11,161 nt of DNA, taken from positions 1 to 11,161 of the forward strand of contig JAWODC010000081.1 in NCBI GenBank assembly GCA_046483495.1. The letters are read 5' to 3'. The notes below the pieces were generated by a model, which was given only the letters and a program-made list of their open reading frames with translations, did no database searches and had not been told where the DNA came from. Of the stretch, positions 7,130 to 11,161 are shown in pieces. The number at the start of each line of letters is the position of its first letter. Position 1 is the stretch's first letter. Source of the DNA: Desulfobacterales bacterium. Its GTDB lineage: Bacteria; Desulfobacterota; Desulfobacteria; Desulfobacterales; UBA5616. The translations under genes were made by a program, and so were the position numbers.

Positions 7130-7194
7130 AGCAGTTCAGAAAAACCACACCAACCCTTGGCGGGATAAAGCTGCTTTCTGAAGGCGTTTTTTTT
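7130..7194 (+). terminator. Possible intrinsic terminator or attenuator downstream of the AcuB-like gene
   Basis: Inverted repeat TTCAGAAA (7135-7142) / TTTCTGAA (7175-7182) followed by T8 (7187-7194). The loop is long and the stem AT-rich, so it is non-canonical. Confidence 0.35.
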
Positions 7195-7255
7195 GGGTGA
7201 CGCGTGCTTCCAAATTCAGCGGTTCAAGCGTCATCGGCTTTCGATTGGAGGTCCT

Positions 7256-8815
7256 ATGTACGTCAGTCGCGTTTCCGAAATGAGGAATCTCGATAAAAAA
7301 GCAGTGGAAAAGTTCAATATTCCGGAAAATCTTCTGATGGAAAACGCCGGGTTGGCCATTTTACGGGTGATCTCCGACGCGCTGGGCATTACGGAAAAAA
7401 AATTCATTATTTTCTGCGGATCGGGTAATAATGGGGGGGATGGATTCGTTGTCGCCCGGCAGCTTCATTCCCGTGGCGGTCGTGTTACCGTGTTTATCAT
7501 GGGCGATCGGCAAAAGTACCGGGGCAGCGCCGCCCTCAATCTGACCATTCTCGAAAACATCGGACTCGACATTCGCGAAATCAAATCGACCGATGCCGTA
7601 AGGACCGCCGTCGCCCATTGTGACGCCATTATCGATGCGATGTTGGGAACCGGCTTGATGCGAAATATCGAAGGGCTTTATAAAGACGTAGTCGACCACA
7701 TCAACGTCTCCGGAAAAATGATTTTCAGCGTGGACATCCCATCCGGTGTTAACGGCGATACCGCGCAGGTCATGGGAACAGCTGTAAAGGCCGATGTTAC
7801 CGTCGCCCTCGGCCTTCCGAAAATCGGCAACCTCCTCTATCCCGGATATGACCAATGCGGCAAACTGTTTACCACCCATATCTCTTTTCCACCTGAAATA
7901 TATCAGCACCTCAAAATCAAGATTAATACGCATATCGACGTTCCGCGGCGCAATCCCGCCTTTCACAAGGGTCTATTCGGAAACCTCCTGACCATTGCCG
8001 GGGCTTACGGGTATTACGGCGCCCCTTATTTCAGCGCCCTTTCGTTTTTGAAAGCCGGCGGCGGATATTCCCGGCTGGCGGCACCAAAAAGCATCATTCC
8101 GTTTGTCGCCGCCGGCGGCAGTGAAGTCGTATTTCTTCCCCAGGCGGAAACGGAAGCGGGCAGCATTTCTCTTAAGAATGCGGATTCTTTAGTGGAGATC
8201 GCCAATAACATGGATATGGTCATTGTCGGGCCGGGCCTGTCCCTTCAAGAAGAGACCCAGATCCTGGTCCGCAAACTTGCCGCGGCAATCACGGTCCCGC
8301 TGCTTATCGACGGCGACGGCATAACCGCCGTTTGTAATCATCCGGACATTATCCGACACCGAACGAGCCATACCATTTTAACGCCCCATATGGGGGAAAT
8401 GGCGCGCATCACCCACTTGAATGTTCAGCAAATTCAAAAAAACCAAATCGATGTGCTGCAAAAAGCGGCCGGTGACCTGAATGCCCATATTGTTTTAAAA
8501 GGAGCCCATACCCTTATCGGGTGCCCGGACCGGTCCGTTTTCATTAATTTAAGCGGCAACAGCGGCATGGCTTCGGCCGGTTCCGGGGATGTGCTCACCG
8601 GAACGATTTGCGCCATGGCGGCGTTGGGTCTTTCCTTTGAGAATGCGGTGAGGAAAGGTGTCTTTATCCACGGGGTTGCCGGGGATCTGGCGGCACTGGA
8701 AAAAGGGGAAGACGGCATCACCGCCCGGGATATTTTGGACTTCCTTCCCATGGCTGTAAAAACAGACCGAGACGGTACCCTGCAGGATAGCTGCCAGGGA
8801 CCCGCCGTCGTGTAA
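7256..8815 (+). CDS. nnr: Bifunctional NAD(P)H-hydrate epimerase / ADP-dependent dehydratase (YjeF/Nnr), 519 aa
   Basis: Start revised from 7193 to ATG at 7256 after GGAGGT. Epimerase motifs LMENAG, CGSGNNGGDG, DAMLGTG, SVDIPSG. Dehydratase motifs HKGLFG, GPGLS, LTPHMGEMARI, VLKGAHT, MASAGSGDVLTG. Confidence 0.96.
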   Translation: MYVSRVSEMRNLDKKAVEKFNIPENLLMENAGLAILRVISDALGITEKKFIIFCGSGNNGGDGFVVARQLHSRGGRVTVFIMGDRQKYRGSAALNLTILENIGLDIREIKSTDAVRTAVAHCDAIIDAMLGTGLMRNIEGLYKDVVDHINVSGKMIFSVDIPSGVNGDTAQVMGTAVKADVTVALGLPKIGNLLYPGYDQCGKLFTTHISFPPEIYQHLKIKINTHIDVPRRNPAFHKGLFGNLLTIAGAYGYYGAPYFSALSFLKAGGGYSRLAAPKSIIPFVAAGGSEVVFLPQAETEAGSISLKNADSLVEIANNMDMVIVGPGLSLQEETQILVRKLAAAITVPLLIDGDGITAVCNHPDIIRHRTSHTILTPHMGEMARITHLNVQQIQKNQIDVLQKAAGDLNAHIVLKGAHTLIGCPDRSVFINLSGNSGMASAGSGDVLTGTICAMAALGLSFENAVRKGVFIHGVAGDLAALEKGEDGITARDILDFLPMAVKTDRDGTLQDSCQGPAVV

Positions 8816-8941
8816 AACGGCTGTGAAAAAAGGGTCGTTTGAGCGTTCGGTCTACTCGGATCGGAATCGAATAGAACGTAAAATGACGCAAAACCGGTAA
8901 CAGCAATGACCGGATTTTCCAAAGAACAAAAAGGAAACCCT

Positions 8942-11161
8942 ATGGATTCCCGACCTGCTCAACATCAGCATAGCCGGCATTTTCTCGGCATATGCCTGGG
9001 TGCATCCACCGTTTCCATGGTGCACCTCACCTTAGGCCCTCAAGCAAAAAACAATCCGGCGATAACCCGGGCCGAAACGTTCACCCATGAAGGCAATCCC
9101 CGTCGCACTCTGGACAAGGCCTTGCAGGGATTCGATCTGAACACGATGGATAAAATCGTGGCTACGGGAAGGCGATTTAGAGATTTTGTAAATTTCACCA
9201 CCATTTCCGAGCCCCAAGCCGTAGAATACGCCTATCGTTTTTTGAAGCCGGAAGGCATCGACTGCCCGGCCATCGTATCCGCCGGAGGAGAAACGTTCAT
9301 GGTGTATGTGCTTAACCGGCAGGGTCGCATCGCCAATGTCATCACCGGAAACAAGTGTGCGTCCGGAACCGGTGAATTTTTCCTGCAGCAGTTGCGGCGC
9401 ATGAATGTCACGCTTGAGGAGGCGGCGCTCTGGGCTGCGGACGAAGACCCCTACCCGGTTTCGGGCCGATGCAGCGTGTTTTGCAAATCCGACTGCACGC
9501 ACGCCACCAATAAGGGGATTCCGAAGGCCAACGTTACCGCGGGCCTTTGCCGTATGATGGCGGACAAGATTCTGGAACTATTAAAGAAAGTTGAGCGCAA
9601 AAATGTTATGATCACCGGTGGTACGACGGCCAACCGGATGATGATGCGGCACCTGCGGCAGCATATTAGGGGACTGGTCGTTCCGGACGAGGCCCCCTAC
9701 TTCGAGGCCCTCGGTGCCGCACTATGGGCGACCGAAAATGAGGGGGGAAATTTCGAAAATACGGGCCGATGGTTTAAAAGCCGTTTGGGAATGTATGACA
9801 CGCTGCCGCGGCTGACGGACTATGAATCCCTGGTGGAATTCAAATCGATGGAAACGAGTGTTGCCGCCCCGGGGAATGTCTGCACACTGGGATTGGATGT
9901 GGGATCCACGACAACAAAAGCGGTACTGATGAGGAACCGTGATAATGCGGTGCTGGCATCGGTTTACCTCAGGACCGACGGCGATCCTGTCGAGGCCTCA
10001 CGAAAATGCTATGCGGCGATTGGAGCGCAGGTAACATCGCAAACCGATCCTCAATCTATTCGTATCACCGGGTTGGGTGTCTGCGGATCGGGTCGCCAGA
10101 TCGCCGGGCTGCATGCCCTGACCGACGGTGTCATCAATGAAATCATCGCCCATGCCGCCGCCGCCGTATATTTCGACCCGAAGGTGGACACGATTCTTGA
10201 AATCGGCGGCCAGGATGCCAAGTACACCTATATCGTCAACTCCGTGCCGGCCGATTATGCCATGAATGAAGCATGCTCCGCCGGCACCGGATCTTTTCTG
10301 GAAGAATCCGCCCTTGAAAGCCTCGGAGTGAAGATGGAAGATATCGCTGATATCGCTCTCACCGCCGATAAACCGCCGAACTTCAATGACCAGTGCGCGG
10401 CGTTTATCGCCTCGGATATCAAAAATGCCATTCATGAGGGGGCCCGACACGAAGACATCGTGGCAGGGCTGGTGTATTCCATCTGTATGAATTATACCAA
10501 CCGGGTCAAAGGAAACCGGCAGGTTGGTGAAAAAATATTCATGCAGGGCGGGGTCTGCTACAACCGGGCCGTTCCCATGGCAATGGCGGCTCTCGTCGGC
10601 AAACCCATCGTCGTGCCGCCGGAACCCGGTCTCATGGGGGCTTTCGGTGTCGCACTCGAGGTCAAAAAACGAATTGATCTCGGATTGCTGACTGAGGCCG
10701 ATTATAACCTGGAAACATTGGCTGCACGGGACGTCGTCTACAAGAAACCGTTCATCTGCAAAGGAGGCAAGGAAGGGTGTGACCGCGGCTGCGAAATCGC
10801 CGTCATCGAGATCGAAGGAAAAAAATATCCATTCGGGGGTGCCTGTAACCGGTACTACAACCTTCGGCGCGCGATCCGATATGACGTGAGCCGACTGGAT
10901 CTGGTGAGCGTTCGTCAACGGCTTATTTTCGAGGATTACGGAACAGCCGAGGCACCTTCCGGCATGACAAAAAATCGTGGCCGCATCGGCATCACCAAGA
11001 GCTTTATGGTCAATACCTATTTTCCTCGGTTTCCTTCGCGCCTTCGGATTCGGCAGTTCCGTGTACCTCCGGTCCGGCAGTTTCCGGTACCTCTGATCCG
11101 GTCCCTCCTTCAACCTCCGGTCCGGTCCCTCCTTCAACCTCCGGTCCGGGATCTTTCCCTG
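8942..11161 (+). CDS. 2-hydroxyacyl-CoA dehydratase activator family protein (two BadF/BadG/BcrA/BcrD ASKHA ATPase domains, Cys-rich linker, start of a DUF2229-like region); incomplete, family-like only to ~11026
   Basis: ATG at 8942 with AAGGA RBS (8931-8935); the frame is open for 740 codons to the window edge. Domain 1: GICLGAST, NKCASGTGEF, GRCSVFCKSD. Domain 2: GLDVGSTTTK, EIGGQDAK, MNEACSAGTGSF, DQCAAF, QGGVCYN. Then CKGGKEGCDRGC...GGACNRY and RIGITKSFMVNTYFP. Not in the ORF track because it has no stop in the window. Confidence 0.93.
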   Translation, partial: MDSRPAQHQHSRHFLGICLGASTVSMVHLTLGPQAKNNPAITRAETFTHEGNPRRTLDKALQGFDLNTMDKIVATGRRFRDFVNFTTISEPQAVEYAYRFLKPEGIDCPAIVSAGGETFMVYVLNRQGRIANVITGNKCASGTGEFFLQQLRRMNVTLEEAALWAADEDPYPVSGRCSVFCKSDCTHATNKGIPKANVTAGLCRMMADKILELLKKVERKNVMITGGTTANRMMMRHLRQHIRGLVVPDEAPYFEALGAALWATENEGGNFENTGRWFKSRLGMYDTLPRLTDYESLVEFKSMETSVAAPGNVCTLGLDVGSTTTKAVLMRNRDNAVLASVYLRTDGDPVEASRKCYAAIGAQVTSQTDPQSIRITGLGVCGSGRQIAGLHALTDGVINEIIAHAAAAVYFDPKVDTILEIGGQDAKYTYIVNSVPADYAMNEACSAGTGSFLEESALESLGVKMEDIADIALTADKPPNFNDQCAAFIASDIKNAIHEGARHEDIVAGLVYSICMNYTNRVKGNRQVGEKIFMQGGVCYNRAVPMAMAALVGKPIVVPPEPGLMGAFGVALEVKKRIDLGLLTEADYNLETLAARDVVYKKPFICKGGKEGCDRGCEIAVIEIEGKKYPFGGACNRYYNLRRAIRYDVSRLDLVSVRQRLIFEDYGTAEAPSGMTKNRGRIGITKSFMVNTYFPRFPSRLRIRQFRVPPVRQFPVPLIRSLLQPPVRSLLQPPVRDLSL
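11042..11161. repeat. Degenerate 24-bp tandem repeat, about 5 units, consensus CCTCCGGTCCGGTCCCTCCTTCAA
   Basis: Units: 11042 CTTCGGATTCGGCAGTTCCGTGTA; 11066 CCTCCGGTCCGGCAGTTTCCGGTA; 11090 CCTCTGATCCGGTCCCTCCTTCAA; 11114 CCTCCGGTCCGGTCCCTCCTTCAA; 11138 CCTCCGGTCCGGGATCTTTCCCTG. Confidence 0.9.

Noticed and set aside
1497..8922. Other overlapping track ORFs (e.g. 1497..1892, 1754..2365, 3446..4030, 4031..4555, 5090..5701, 6380..6901, 7361..7966, 8434..8922)
   Set aside because: Antisense or alternate-frame shadows of well-supported genes, with no recognisable protein motifs.
9998..11137. 379-aa - strand ORF from the track (also 9032..9502 and 9451..9633)
   Set aside because: Antisense shadows of the activase gene, which carries all the family motifs on the + strand.
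11042..11161. 24-bp periodic repeat as a mini-CRISPR array
   Set aside because: Units abut without unique 25-45 bp spacers, the period is a multiple of 3 with codon-like degeneracy, and no cas genes are present. It fits a coding tandem repeat.
1..11161. Stop-codon recoding (Sec/Pyl), programmed frameshifts, tRNA/rRNA genes, transposases or integrases
   Set aside because: The two apparent gaps in the ORF track (1-1534 and 8942-11161) are uninterrupted frames running off the window edges. No in-frame stops, RNA gene signatures or mobile-element genes were seen.

Overview
Gene-dense bacterial chromosomal window. Gene content suggests an anaerobic Desulfobacterota (Desulfobacterales-like) organism; this is inferred, not proven. 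Left to right: a cobalamin-binding radical SAM gene (- strand, runs off the left edge, absent from the ORF track); a CBS-pair protein and a DASS/SLC13-family anion transporter (+); a shared hairpin terminator; a 474-aa left-handed beta-helix protein and a paralogous CBS-pair protein (-); an AcuB-like CBS+ACT protein, nnr, and a large 2-hydroxyacyl-CoA-dehydratase-activator-family gene (all +; the last is absent from the ORF track). The most notable signal is the 474-aa protein. It reads as two tandem gamma-carbonic-anhydrase domains whose metal and catalytic residues are split between the halves in the same pattern as between neighbouring subunits of the Cam trimer. It sits in a mirror-symmetric module (CBS > transporter >< gammaCA-like < CBS) whose transporter has non-canonical substrate-site motifs. 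The last ~135 bp switch abruptly to an unrelated 24-bp tandem repeat, probably a chimeric contig end or an insertion.
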